DNA of 64,000 nt from assembly GCA_963664305.2 (NCBI GenBank), contig CAXXLV010000001.1:896001-960000 (forward strand). The letters run 5' to 3'. Shown in pieces: positions 11,612-22,097 of the stretch (position 1 is its first letter; every line of letters starts with the position of its first letter). A program made the position numbers and the translations under genes. This stretch comes from an uncultured Aliarcobacter sp. GTDB lineage: Bacteria; Campylobacterota; Campylobacteria; Campylobacterales; Arcobacteraceae. Below the pieces are notes generated by a model. That model had not been told where the DNA came from and made no database searches. It saw only the letters and a program-made list of their open reading frames with translations.

Positions 11612-12211
11612 ATGAGTCAACAAGAATTTTGGAATGGAAAATTTTCAAAAGATGAATTTTTTTATGGACTTAATCCAAATAAATTTTTAGCTTCACAAAT
11701 AGAATATTTTAATAATCATAAAAAAATATTGTGTTTAGGTGAGGGAGAAGGAAGAAACGCAATATTTTTTGCAAAAGAGGGTTTTTCTGTAAGTGCAATT
11801 GATGCATCAGATGTTGGATTAGAAAAATTAAATAAAAGAGCAAAAGAAGAAAAACTTGATATAAAAACTATTTGTATGGATTTGAATTTTTGGGAAATAA
11901 ATGAAAAATATGACGTAATCATGGCCTCATATTTACACATGTTTAAAAATGAAAGAGAAGAGTTATTTGAAAAAATAGAAAAATCATTAAATAGTGGTGG
12001 TTACTTTGTGGGTGAATTTTTTTCAACAAAACAATTAGAGTTTAATAGTGGTGGTCCAAAAGATTTAGATTTACTTTATACTATTGAAGATTTTATGAAA
12101 TATTTTAGTTTATGTGAAAAAAATATTACAGAAGAAATTGTAATTTTAGATGAAGGAAAAGGCCATCAAGGTGAGGCTTGTGTTATAAGAGTTAAAATTA
12201 AAAAGATTTAA
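11612..12211 (+). CDS. Class I SAM-dependent methyltransferase (TehB-like)
   Basis: LCLGEGEGRNA motif I, SGGPK. Confidence 0.88.
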   Translation: MSQQEFWNGKFSKDEFFYGLNPNKFLASQIEYFNNHKKILCLGEGEGRNAIFFAKEGFSVSAIDASDVGLEKLNKRAKEEKLDIKTICMDLNFWEINEKYDVIMASYLHMFKNEREELFEKIEKSLNSGGYFVGEFFSTKQLEFNSGGPKDLDLLYTIEDFMKYFSLCEKNITEEIVILDEGKGHQGEACVIRVKIKKI

Positions 12212-12292
12212 TTTAACATCTTTTAACCACTCTTTAAATATACTATCTAATAAATATTATCAAAAACAATTATAATTAATAAAAGAGAATTA

Positions 12293-15200
12293 ATGAAAGA
12301 ATTAATAGAAGATTTAATTAGTAAAAAAGTACTAATTATCGATGGAGCGATGGGAACACAGCTTCAAATTGCAGAAATAAAAGATGAGGAATGGATTTTT
12401 GAAGAACAAAATCTAGAAGGTTGTAATGAACTTTTAAATCTTACTGCGCCACATATATTAGAAACTATTCATGATAACTATGCAAAAGCTGGTGCTGATT
12501 TAATTTGTACAAATACTTTTGGTTCTATGCCTTGGGTTTTAGATGAATATAATATCGGACATATGTCTTATGAGTTATCGAAGCTAGGTGCAAGTTTAGT
12601 AAAAAAATCTTGTGAAAAATATAGCACACCTGAAAAACCTAGATTTGCTGTAGCATCAATTGGACCTGGAACAAAACTTCCATCACTTGGTCATATAAAA
12701 TATGATGAGATGTATGAAGGTTATAAAATCATGGCTAAAGGTTTAGTTGATGGTGGAACTGATATCTTTTTACTTGAAACATGCCAAGATCCGCTTCAAA
12801 TAAAAGCAGCACTTCATGCACTAAATGATGTGGCACCACAAATTCCAATTATGGTTTCTGTTACTATTGAGTTAAGTGGTACTATGCTTATTGGAACAGA
12901 TGCAATGACAATTGCAGCTATTATGGCACCATTTAATATTTTATCTTTAGGATTTAATTGTGGAACTGGACCTGTTCAAGTACATAAACATATTAAAACA
13001 TTAAGCCAAGTTTGTAAGTTTCCAATTTCAGTACACTCAAATGCAGGACTTCCTCAAAATAGAGGCGGAAAAACTTATTATCCAATGCAACCAGAAGAGT
13101 TTACAGCACATCAAAAAGAGTTTTTAAAAATAAATGGAGTTTCATTTTTAGGTGGTTGTTGTGGTACAACACCTGAACATATTGAAGCTTTGGCAAAAGC
13201 AGTTGAAAATGAAGTTCCATTAAAACCTTGTGGATTTTTAAAAGCTTCATTAGCAAGTTTATTTAATACAGTTCCTTTAAAACAAGAGCCAGCACCACTT
13301 TTAATTGGTGAGAGAAGTAATGCAACTGGAAGTAAGGCTTTTAGAGAATTATTAAAAGAGAATGATTATGAAGGTACATTAAGTGTTGGTCAACAGCAAG
13401 TAAGAGCTGGTGCTCACGTAATTGATGTTTCTGTTGGATTTGCAGGTCGAGATGAAAGAAAAGATATGGATGAGGTTGTTTCCCTTTATTCACAAAAAAT
13501 TTCACTTCCTTTAATGCCAGATTCAACTCAAATTTTAGCACTTGAGGCAGCACTTAAACAAATTGGTGGAAGATGTATCATCAACTCTGTAAATCTTGAA
13601 GATGGAGAAGAGAAGTTTGATGCTGTTTGTAAATTAGCTAAAAAATTTGGTGCAGCACTTGTTTGTCTTGTAATTGATGAAATTGGAATGGCAAAATCGG
13701 TTGAGAGAAAACTAGAAGTTGCTGAGAGAATTTATGACTTATGTGTAAATAGACATGGCTTTGACCCTGCTGATTTAGTATTTGATATGCTTACATTTAC
13801 TATTGGTTCAGGTGATGATGAGTACAGAAATGCAGGTATTGATACACTTGAAGCTATACGTGAGTTCCAAATCAGACATCCAGAAGTTGGTACTACTTTA
13901 GGTTTATCAAATATCTCTTTTGGACTTGCAACAAATGCTAGAATTTATTTAAATTCTATCTATCTTGACCATTGTGTAAAAGCTGGATTAACATCTGCTA
14001 TTGTAAATGTAAAACATATTTTACCTCTAAATAAAATTAGTGATGAAGACAGAAAAGCTTGTGATGATTTAATTTTCAATAACCAAGAAAATGGTGACCC
14101 TTTATTTAAATTTATTGAACATTTTTCAAATGTTGGAGCACAAGAAGAACAAAGTGATGAAGAATATCAAAAACTAGAACCTATTGAAAAAGTAAAAAAA
14201 CTATTACTTGATGGAGATAAAGATAGATTATTACCACTTGTTGAAGAGTTAAGACATACAGTTCAACCAGAAATTATCGTAAATGAGTGGTTGATTGATG
14301 GTATGAAAATTATTGGAGAGTTATTTGGTAGTGGGCAAATGCAGTTACCATTTGTTCTTCAAAGTGCAGAAACTATGAAGGCAACTGTTGATGCACTTAA
14401 TCCATATTTACCAAAACAAGAGAAAGCCAGTGAAACAACGCTAATTTTGGGAACTGTAAAAGGTGATGTTCATGATGTTGGTAAAAACTTAGTTGATATT
14501 ATACTTTCAAACAATGGATTTAAAGTTGTAAATATTGGTATAAAAGCTGGTTTAGATACTTTTGTTGAAAAACTTCAAGAACATAATGCTCATGCAATTG
14601 GAATGAGTGGATTACTTGTTAAATCAACAGCCGTTATGAAAGAAAATCTTGAAGAGTTACAAAAAATGGGAATTAAAGTTCCTGTACTTTTAGGTGGAGC
14701 AGCACTTACTAAAAACTTTATTGATGAGTATTGCAGACCTTATTATGATGGACCAATTTTTTATTGTAGAGATGCGTTTGATGGTGTTGTTTCTATGCAA
14801 AGAATTGAAAAAGGTGATGAAAATAATACTGCACTTGCTGCTGATTTAATTCAAATCCATGATACAAGTGATAGAGTTGAAGAAGAAGTTGTAGAAATTC
14901 CACCTTATGAAGAAATACCAATGCCAGAACGTGGAAAATTTGTATTCCCTCCAATTTGGGATAGAATCACAAAAACTGGAAAAAAACTAGATAAAGAGTT
15001 GATTTTCAAATGGATAAATCACAGGGTTTTATTTAGACAAAGATGGGGATATAAAAGAGGTAAACAAGACTCTGAAACTTTCTTAAAATATGAAAAAGAA
15101 GTGGTTGAGCCAACTTATGAAGCTTTAAAAGCTGAATTAGTTGACAAAGATATTTTTGACCCAATTGCAATTTATGCTTATTATCCTTGTATTTCACATG

Positions 15201-15769
15201 ATAATAAACTTTATATTTTTGATAGAAAATATTTATTTAATACACTTGAAGAGTCTAAAAATGTACCACCATTAAGTGAAGCGATAAAAGTTTTAGAGTT
15301 CCCAAGACAAAAAAGAAAACCATTTAGATGTATTGCAGATTTCTTTGCAAATGATAGACTTGATGTGGTTGCCTTTACACTTGCAAGTGCTGGGCTTAAA
15401 ATCTCTGATTATGAAAGAAGTTTATACGATAAAGGTGAATTTACAAAATATTATCAAGTTCACGGACTTGGAGTGGAACTTGCTGAAGCATTAGCAGAAG
15501 TTTTACATAAGCAAATAAGACTTGATTTGGATATTGTACCAAAAGAGGGACATACTTTAAATGATGTTCAAATGAAACAATATGTAGGTTGTAGATACTC
15601 TCCAGGATATGCAGCTTGTCCAGATTTAGCTATGAATAGAGATATTTTTGATTTATTAAATCCAGAAGAGTTTGGAATAGAATTATCTGAAACATTCCAA
15701 ATGCATCCAGAACAAACAACTTGTGCAATAGTTGTAACTAACCCAGAAGCAAATTACTACAATATCTAA
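12293..15769 (+). CDS. metH: Cobalamin-dependent methionine synthase
   Basis: DGAMGT, GGCCGT, IGERSN, DVHDVGKN, SGLL, SPGYAACPD. Confidence 0.98.
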   Translation: MKELIEDLISKKVLIIDGAMGTQLQIAEIKDEEWIFEEQNLEGCNELLNLTAPHILETIHDNYAKAGADLICTNTFGSMPWVLDEYNIGHMSYELSKLGASLVKKSCEKYSTPEKPRFAVASIGPGTKLPSLGHIKYDEMYEGYKIMAKGLVDGGTDIFLLETCQDPLQIKAALHALNDVAPQIPIMVSVTIELSGTMLIGTDAMTIAAIMAPFNILSLGFNCGTGPVQVHKHIKTLSQVCKFPISVHSNAGLPQNRGGKTYYPMQPEEFTAHQKEFLKINGVSFLGGCCGTTPEHIEALAKAVENEVPLKPCGFLKASLASLFNTVPLKQEPAPLLIGERSNATGSKAFRELLKENDYEGTLSVGQQQVRAGAHVIDVSVGFAGRDERKDMDEVVSLYSQKISLPLMPDSTQILALEAALKQIGGRCIINSVNLEDGEEKFDAVCKLAKKFGAALVCLVIDEIGMAKSVERKLEVAERIYDLCVNRHGFDPADLVFDMLTFTIGSGDDEYRNAGIDTLEAIREFQIRHPEVGTTLGLSNISFGLATNARIYLNSIYLDHCVKAGLTSAIVNVKHILPLNKISDEDRKACDDLIFNNQENGDPLFKFIEHFSNVGAQEEQSDEEYQKLEPIEKVKKLLLDGDKDRLLPLVEELRHTVQPEIIVNEWLIDGMKIIGELFGSGQMQLPFVLQSAETMKATVDALNPYLPKQEKASETTLILGTVKGDVHDVGKNLVDIILSNNGFKVVNIGIKAGLDTFVEKLQEHNAHAIGMSGLLVKSTAVMKENLEELQKMGIKVPVLLGGAALTKNFIDEYCRPYYDGPIFYCRDAFDGVVSMQRIEKGDENNTALAADLIQIHDTSDRVEEEVVEIPPYEEIPMPERGKFVFPPIWDRITKTGKKLDKELIFKWINHRVLFRQRWGYKRGKQDSETFLKYEKEVVEPTYEALKAELVDKDIFDPIAIYAYYPCISHDNKLYIFDRKYLFNTLEESKNVPPLSEAIKVLEFPRQKRKPFRCIADFFANDRLDVVAFTLASAGLKISDYERSLYDKGEFTKYYQVHGLGVELAEALAEVLHKQIRLDLDIVPKEGHTLNDVQMKQYVGCRYSPGYAACPDLAMNRDIFDLLNPEEFGIELSETFQMHPEQTTCAIVVTNPEANYYNI

Positions 15770-15787
15770 GAGTTTTTTCTCTTAGAT
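15764..15787 (+). terminator. Hairpin after metH
   Basis: ATCTAAGAG-TTTTTT-CTCTTAGAT followed by TATTTATT. Confidence 0.6.
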
Positions 15788-15819
15788 TATTTATTATATC
15801 AATCAATTAGGAATTAAAA

Positions 15820-16686
15820 TTGTCAAATAGTGCAAAAGGATTACTCCTTACATCTTTAGGTGTATTTATAATGAGTTTAGAATCATTATTTATAAAATTT
15901 ACAAACATATCATCTTTTCTTTTTTCATTTTATATTGGAATATTTATGTTCGCTTCAATGGCTTCAACATTTTTATTTAAAGATTTTGATTATTTAAAAA
16001 AGGCTTTGAAAACATCTTTTCCATTTTTATTAATTTGTTCAACTTTTATGGCTGTATCAAATATATTTTTTATAACAGCAGTAAAAACAACAACAGTTGC
16101 AAATGTAGTAATCATATTTAGTACATCAGCACTTTTTTCTGCGTTAATTGGATATTTAGTTTATAAAGAAAAAGTAAATAAAAATATCTATTATGCCTCT
16201 TTTTTTATGTTTATTGGATTATTTATAATATTTAATGATAAGTTAGAAATAGGAAGTGTAGAAGGTAATATTTTTGCTTTATTATGTACTTTACTTTTTT
16301 CTGTTTCTTTTGTTTTATTATCAAAATATAAAGATATGAATAGAGTAGTTTTAACTGCATTTAGTGGAGCAATTTTAAGTATTATTGCATTTTTCTTTTG
16401 TGATGAATTAGCAATTGATTTTAAAACTTTAGTAATTGTTATGGTAATGGGATTATTAATAAGTCCAATTTCAAGAGTATTATTAGGAACAGGTGCAAAA
16501 TATATAAATGCTAGTGAAGTATCACTTTTAATGCTAATAGAAACAATAATGGCACCAATTTGGGTTTGGATATTTTTAGATGAGGTTCCAAGTTCTTATA
16601 CTTTTATAGGTGGTTCTATAATTGTAATTACACTTATAATAAACTCTTTATACACTTTAAAAAGAGAAAATAAACTTCCTAATTAG
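15820..16686 (+). CDS. DMT/EamA family transporter
   Basis: About 10 hydrophobic segments in two EamA-like halves; TTG start with AGGA SD. Confidence 0.9.
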   Translation: MSNSAKGLLLTSLGVFIMSLESLFIKFTNISSFLFSFYIGIFMFASMASTFLFKDFDYLKKALKTSFPFLLICSTFMAVSNIFFITAVKTTTVANVVIIFSTSALFSALIGYLVYKEKVNKNIYYASFFMFIGLFIIFNDKLEIGSVEGNIFALLCTLLFSVSFVLLSKYKDMNRVVLTAFSGAILSIIAFFFCDELAIDFKTLVIVMVMGLLISPISRVLLGTGAKYINASEVSLLMLIETIMAPIWVWIFLDEVPSSYTFIGGSIIVITLIINSLYTLKRENKLPN

Positions 16687-16696
16687 GAAGTTTATT
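16669..16696. repeat. Perfect 28-bp palindrome spanning two convergent stop codons
   Basis: AATAAACTTCCTAATTAGGAAGTTTATT equals its own reverse complement. Confidence 0.9.
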
Positions 16697-17122
16697 ACAT
16701 TTTGTACATTTAGCATCAAGGCTATATTTACCAGCACCTATAAACATAATAGAAACTGCAACTAAAAGATAAATCAAAGGAAGTTCAATAACTGGACCAC
16801 CAGTTTTTCCTAATGTAAAAATATCTGCACTATGAGCTAAAAATATTGCAAAAACCATAGTTAAAGCAAAAAACAAAGATGAAATTCTCGTAAATAAACC
16901 AAAAATTATAAAAATTGGGAAAACAATCTCTCCAAAATAAACACCATATGCTATAAATTCAGGAAGTCCAGCTTGTGTAACTAAAAATTTTATTCCATCT
17001 ATTCCATTAAAAAGTTTTGCAAATCCATGAAATAACATCAATCCAGCGATACTTAATCTTAAAATTAATTTACCAATATCTTCGTTTAAAGAACAAGCTA
17101 ATTTATTCTCACAACTCGTCAT
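16679..17122 (-). CDS. DoxX family membrane protein
   Basis: LILR...HGFAKL, GLFTR, GAGKYSLD. Confidence 0.92.
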   Translation of the reverse strand: MTSCENKLACSLNEDIGKLILRLSIAGLMLFHGFAKLFNGIDGIKFLVTQAGLPEFIAYGVYFGEIVFPIFIIFGLFTRISSLFFALTMVFAIFLAHSADIFTLGKTGGPVIELPLIYLLVAVSIMFIGAGKYSLDAKCTKCNKLPN

Positions 17123-17219
17123 AATAATTCCTTTTATTTTTAATTTTTGGAGTTATATCTTTTTAATATTAAGTAACTGTTTAGTATGATGAGTAATAAT
17201 ATTCTAAAAAGGGTTTCAC

Positions 17220-18353
17220 ATGACATATACATATTTTAATCCAACAGTTATAGAGTTTGGCGAAGGAAAAATAAAATCAATAACTAAATATATTGATAAA
17301 AATTTAAAAGTATTAGTTGTTTATGGTGGAGGAAGTATCAAAAAAAATGGAGTTTATGAACAAGTTTCAAAAGCTTTAGAAGGTTATACTTGGTTTGAAT
17401 TTGGTGGAGTAGAACCAAATCCATCTGTTGAAACTTTAAATAAAGCAGTTGCTTTAATCAAAGAAAAAAATATAGATTTTGTTTTAGCTGTTGGTGGTGG
17501 TTCAGTTATTGATGGAAGTAAATATTTAGTTGCTAGTGCTCTTTATGATGGAGATGGTTGGGATTTCTTAGAAGGAAAAACTATAGAAAAAGCTTTACCT
17601 TTAGGTGCAATTTTGACAATACCTGCAACAGGAAGTGAATCAAATGGAACAGCAGTTATTTCAAAAAAATCAACAAATGAAAAAAGATATTTTGGTTCAT
17701 CTATAACTTATCCAAAATTTGCAGTTTTAGACCCAACAATTATGAGTAGTTTAGATGATAGATTATTGGCAAATGGCTTAGTTGATGCTTTTGTTCATAC
17801 ATGTGAACAATATCTAACTTATCCAAACACATCTCTTTTACATGATGGATACGCACATACAATTTTAAGAGGTTTACATAATTTATCATTAAATTGGAAA
17901 GATAGAAAAACTCTTGTTTGGCAAGAAAATTTAATGCTTTTAGCAAATCAAGCTTTAAATGGTTTTATAGGTTCTGGTGTTCCTCAAGATTGGGCAACAC
18001 ATATGATTGGTCATGAAATAACAGCATTTTATGGACTTGACCATGGACGAAGTTTAGCTGTTGTTCAACCACATCTTTTAAGGGTTATGATGGAAGATAA
18101 AAAAGATAAACTAACTCTTATGGGAAAAGAAGTTTTTGATATGCCACATAATTATGAAATGGTAGTTGAAGCAATAGAATATATGTATAAAAGTATAGGT
18201 GTTTCAACAAAATTAAAAGATTATGATGTTGATGATAAAGTTATTGAAAATATAACAGGTGCATTAAAAAAACATGGTATGACAGCTATCGGAGAAAGAG
18301 GAAATATTACTTTAGAAAAAGTAGAAAGAATTCTTAAAATGTCTTTGAATTAA
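17220..18353 (+). CDS. Iron-containing alcohol dehydrogenase (YqhD/BdhA-like)
   Basis: GGGSIKKNG, EPNP, GGGSVIDGSK, ATGSE, DWATHMIGHE, LDH. Confidence 0.93.
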   Translation: MTYTYFNPTVIEFGEGKIKSITKYIDKNLKVLVVYGGGSIKKNGVYEQVSKALEGYTWFEFGGVEPNPSVETLNKAVALIKEKNIDFVLAVGGGSVIDGSKYLVASALYDGDGWDFLEGKTIEKALPLGAILTIPATGSESNGTAVISKKSTNEKRYFGSSITYPKFAVLDPTIMSSLDDRLLANGLVDAFVHTCEQYLTYPNTSLLHDGYAHTILRGLHNLSLNWKDRKTLVWQENLMLLANQALNGFIGSGVPQDWATHMIGHEITAFYGLDHGRSLAVVQPHLLRVMMEDKKDKLTLMGKEVFDMPHNYEMVVEAIEYMYKSIGVSTKLKDYDVDDKVIENITGALKKHGMTAIGERGNITLEKVERILKMSLN

Positions 18354-18380
18354 TTTAAAGTAGCAATTGCTACTTTAAAT
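18353..18380. repeat. Perfect 28-bp palindrome, probable bidirectional terminator
   Basis: ATTTAAAGTAGCAATTGCTACTTTAAAT between convergent genes. Confidence 0.85.
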
Positions 18381-18966
18381 GATTTTGTAAAACTACATCA
18401 TGATATCTATTTAGTAATAATAAAGCTAAAATAGAACCAAATAAAGCCCATGCCATATCACTTTGCGTATCCCATAAATAACCTTGAGTTCCTAAAAAAT
18501 CATTTGCTGCTTCATTTGTAGCAATTGCAACCCACCATTCAACTAATTCATAAAATGCAGAAAGAGCTAAACAAAAACATACAATAAAAAAGTTTCTCCA
18601 AGCATTTATACTAATGATATTGTTTCTAATGATAATTTCCCTTGCAATCATAGCTGGAACAAATCCTTGAACAAGATGTCCCACTTTATCATAATCATTT
18701 CTATCTTGATTAAATAGTTCTTTTATATAGTCAAAAAAAGGTACTTCAGCATAAGTGTAGTGACCACCAATCATTAATATAATTGCATGAATTAAAATCA
18801 GAAAATATACTAGATTTGTAAACTTGAATTTTTTATAAGTCAAAATAAGAATAATTAGACCAATAATTGCTGGAAATACTTCTAAAAACCAAGTGAATAA
18901 ATCTTTTGGATTAATTACAGACCAAATAAAAACAATAAAAAAAATTAAAAGATAAGATTTAATCAT
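18370..18966 (-). CDS. DUF2238/YjdF family inner membrane protein
   Basis: TWFLE, GGHYTYAEVP, RNDYDKVGH, FLGTQG..WDTQSDM. Confidence 0.88.
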   Translation of the reverse strand: MIKSYLLIFFIVFIWSVINPKDLFTWFLEVFPAIIGLIILILTYKKFKFTNLVYFLILIHAIILMIGGHYTYAEVPFFDYIKELFNQDRNDYDKVGHLVQGFVPAMIAREIIIRNNIISINAWRNFFIVCFCLALSAFYELVEWWVAIATNEAANDFLGTQGYLWDTQSDMAWALFGSILALLLLNRYHDVVLQNHLK

Positions 18967-21509
18967 GAGTTTTCTCCCACAGGCAATGAAATAGTAAATT
19001 CAGCACCTAAATACTCATTATTGTGATAAATAAAAGTTTTATTTGAAACAGTTAACATTCCTTTTAAATGTTTTTCAACTAAAAGTTTACTCATATAAAG
19101 ACCAATTCCAGTACCTTTAAATTTGTGTTTAGTAGTAAAATAAGGTTCAAATATTTTATCAATAATATCTTCATTTATACCATTTGCATTATCTTGTATT
19201 TTTATATTAAAATAGCCATTTTCTTTTATAACATTGATTATTAGAAGATTATCATCTCTTCCTTTTTCTTTTAATGCATCTTTAGCATTAACAAAAATAT
19301 TCATAAGAACTTGTATTAGTTCATTTTCTAAAGATAAAATATTCACATCATCAATATTTTTAATCACAGTAATTTTATGTGAATTAAGTGTAGGTGAAAC
19401 TAAATCAACAGCTTTATTTATAACATTTGATATATTTATTTGAGTTAAGATTTTTTCTTTACTAAAGAAATTTCTAAAATCATCTATTGTATTTGAAAGA
19501 TATTGAGTCGATTGTTTTATATGTTCAACCGATTTAAAAAATTCTTCATCATCTAAAGTATGATATTTCTTTTTAAGTTCCATTCCTGTAGCACAAACAC
19601 TAATAGTTGATAAAGGTTGTCTCCATTGATGAGCAATATTTTCAAGCATTTCTCCCATCGAAGCCATTCTTGATTGTTGTATTAAAATTCTATTTTTCTC
19701 TTCGTTTTTTTCAATTTCTAAACGTACTTTATCTAATAATCTTTTATTTAATTTTTTTAATAAATATTGTCTATAAATCAAAAAAAGAACTAAAATTAGA
19801 ATAATTATAGATACTAAAAGTGTATAGTTTAACTCTTTTGAATAACTTATTGAAATCCACTTATTTAAAATTTCTTGTCTTTTTGTTGATGAAATATCTT
19901 CTATTGCTTTATTTAAAATAGTGTTTAAAATTGGTTCATCATTTCTTGATGCAATTGCTAAATCCAATGTTTCATCGAATTTTCCTGTGATTTTTAATTG
20001 ACCAATATAATGATTTTGTATTTCATAACCAACAGTCACTAAACTACCAATAAAACCAAAAACTTCACCTTTTTCAACTTTTTTCAAACCTTCATTTACG
20101 TCAAGAACATCAATAAAATTTATGTTTGGAAATTTGATTCTTAAAATTTCTGCATAAGCATAATTTTTTACAATTGCTAATTTTTCATTTTTTACTTGAT
20201 TGATATTGTCAATAAAAGGTGTATTTATATTTGAAGCAAGAACAACTGGAATATTTAAAAATGGTTTTGTGAAATTTAGATATTTTTGTCTATCAGGTGT
20301 TGTCATTACAAGTGAAAAAATATCACACTCTCTTTTTTTACCTTTTTCAATACTTTCACTCCAAGTTTTTGTAGGAACTAAAACTATAGGTGTTTTTATT
20401 TTATTTTCGATAATTTTTATATAATCAGCTGCAATTCCAATATGTTTATCATTTTCAATTTTTTCAAATGGCATCCAATTTGGATCAACACACATGGTTA
20501 TTTTTTCTTTTTTTTCTAAATAACTTTTTTCATCTTTTGTTAATAAAATATCATCTTCTAAAGGGTTTGTATACAACAAATCATCTACGTTGATTTCATT
20601 GTTAATCAATCCCATTATTCTATAAGTGTTTATTATTAGGTTTATTTTTTCTTGAGTGATTGTTCCAATTCTGCCATTTTTATCATAAACAAGCTTTTTC
20701 ATCTCATTTGCTTCAAATAATAGACTTTCTAAACTTTTGTTTTGAGGATTGTATTTTGTATAAATAAGATTTACAGCTTCATCAAGATTTTCAAAGGCAT
20801 ATTCCCATCCTTTTATAGTTGCATTATAAAAGTTTTTTACTATTTTTGGATTTTTGTTTGCAAACTCTTTTGTTGTAAAAATAATTTCTTCATAGAAATC
20901 AAAACCGTAATCTTTTGGATTAAATATTGTAGTTTCATAACCTTTTTCTTTTAATATAAAAGGTTCATTTGTAGTATATCCTAACATTACATCAGCTTTT
21001 TTATTTATTAAATCATCAACATTAAAAGAGTGCTCAACTATTTTTATATTTGATAATTCAACACCTTTGCTAGAAAGCATTGATTTAAAAGTAGCAAATC
21101 TTTGTTGCTCTTTTGATATCATTAAAGTTTTATTTTTGATATCTTCTAAATATTGTAATTTTGAATCTTTTAAAGCAAGAAGAATAAGAGGAGATGATTG
21201 AAAAATTGAACCTAGTAAAACTATATCTTTTCCATTTGATTTATCAATAATCAATGAACTAGAATTTGTACCAAAATCAGCTCTTTTATTTATAACTTCA
21301 TCTATAACATTTATTGAAGGATTGAATTTTTTTATCTCAACATCTAAACCAACATCTCTATAGAAACCTTTTTCTTTTGCTATATAAAAACCTGCAAATT
21401 GAAATTGGTCAAGCCACATAAGTTGAATAGATGTTTTTTGTAAAGTAGAAGCTTTCAAAAAAGAAGAAAAACTTAGTAATAATAGAATTATAGTAATTAC
21501 TCTTTTTAT
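18963..21509 (-). CDS. Sensor histidine kinase with two periplasmic binding domains (NMT1/THI5-like and family 3 SBP-like)
   Basis: QFQFAGFY.A.EKGFY, DPNWMPFE, TM helix, IAHQWRQPL, NAKDA, FEPYFTTK, GTGIGLY; start extended from TTG 21458 to a putative ATA at 21509 (uncertain). Confidence 0.9.
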   Translation of the reverse strand: MKRVITIILLLLSFSSFLKASTLQKTSIQLMWLDQFQFAGFYIAKEKGFYRDVGLDVEIKKFNPSINVIDEVINKRADFGTNSSSLIIDKSNGKDIVLLGSIFQSSPLILLALKDSKLQYLEDIKNKTLMISKEQQRFATFKSMLSSKGVELSNIKIVEHSFNVDDLINKKADVMLGYTTNEPFILKEKGYETTIFNPKDYGFDFYEEIIFTTKEFANKNPKIVKNFYNATIKGWEYAFENLDEAVNLIYTKYNPQNKSLESLLFEANEMKKLVYDKNGRIGTITQEKINLIINTYRIMGLINNEINVDDLLYTNPLEDDILLTKDEKSYLEKKEKITMCVDPNWMPFEKIENDKHIGIAADYIKIIENKIKTPIVLVPTKTWSESIEKGKKRECDIFSLVMTTPDRQKYLNFTKPFLNIPVVLASNINTPFIDNINQVKNEKLAIVKNYAYAEILRIKFPNINFIDVLDVNEGLKKVEKGEVFGFIGSLVTVGYEIQNHYIGQLKITGKFDETLDLAIASRNDEPILNTILNKAIEDISSTKRQEILNKWISISYSKELNYTLLVSIIILILVLFLIYRQYLLKKLNKRLLDKVRLEIEKNEEKNRILIQQSRMASMGEMLENIAHQWRQPLSTISVCATGMELKKKYHTLDDEEFFKSVEHIKQSTQYLSNTIDDFRNFFSKEKILTQINISNVINKAVDLVSPTLNSHKITVIKNIDDVNILSLENELIQVLMNIFVNAKDALKEKGRDDNLLIINVIKENGYFNIKIQDNANGINEDIIDKIFEPYFTTKHKFKGTGIGLYMSKLLVEKHLKGMLTVSNKTFIYHNNEYLGAEFTISLPVGENS

Positions 21510-21541
21510 TGGATAGCCTTTTTTACAAATTTTAACGCAAT

Positions 21542-21550
21542 ATTATAACA
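21542..21550 (-). promoter_or_regulatory. Extended -10 promoter of the kinase gene
   Basis: Minus strand TGTTATAAT. Confidence 0.6.
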
Positions 21551-21591
21551 AAGTAAGATAAAATAATACATTACTAAAATTAGGAAAATAG

Positions 21592-22089
21592 ATGTCTAAA
21601 GAAAAGTCAATTAAAAATAAAATTTTAGAGTATATCTATACAGTTTCTAAGCAACCAATTTTATTAAAAGATTTGTTAGTTGCAAATAGACAGTATAATG
21701 AAGGAATGCATGTTGACCCTGCAAAATTAGGATTTAGATTAAATCTTATGCGAGCTTATATGGTTTATATAGGAATTGTTTTAGCTATATTAGTACCAGT
21801 TTCTTTTTTAACTCATAAGCCATTAGCAAAAATTGATCCGCATATTTCAATTTTAGGAGCAATGGCAATTACTGCTGCAATTTTTATAGGATTTAATTTT
21901 TTCAGAGATAAGATGAGAGATATTATGACTAAAGAATTAATCATAAAATCTTGGAAGTTACATTTTCCATTTTTTTCTTATGAAGATTATTCTATTAAAA
22001 TTGATGTTATTTTTGATGATTCGATAAAAGATGAGATTTCAAAAAGAGATTTAGAAAAGTATATATTAGATAAACTAACTACTCTTTAG
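21592..22089 (+). CDS. Hypothetical membrane protein (2 TM)
   Basis: AGGA SD; two hydrophobic helices. Confidence 0.75.
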   Translation: MSKEKSIKNKILEYIYTVSKQPILLKDLLVANRQYNEGMHVDPAKLGFRLNLMRAYMVYIGIVLAILVPVSFLTHKPLAKIDPHISILGAMAITAAIFIGFNFFRDKMRDIMTKELIIKSWKLHFPFFSYEDYSIKIDVIFDDSIKDEISKRDLEKYILDKLTTL

Positions 22090-22097
22090 TAGATAGT

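Noticed and set aside
12212..12292. Cobalamin or SAM riboswitch before metH
   Set aside because: The 81-bp spacer is AT-rich with no conserved riboswitch core
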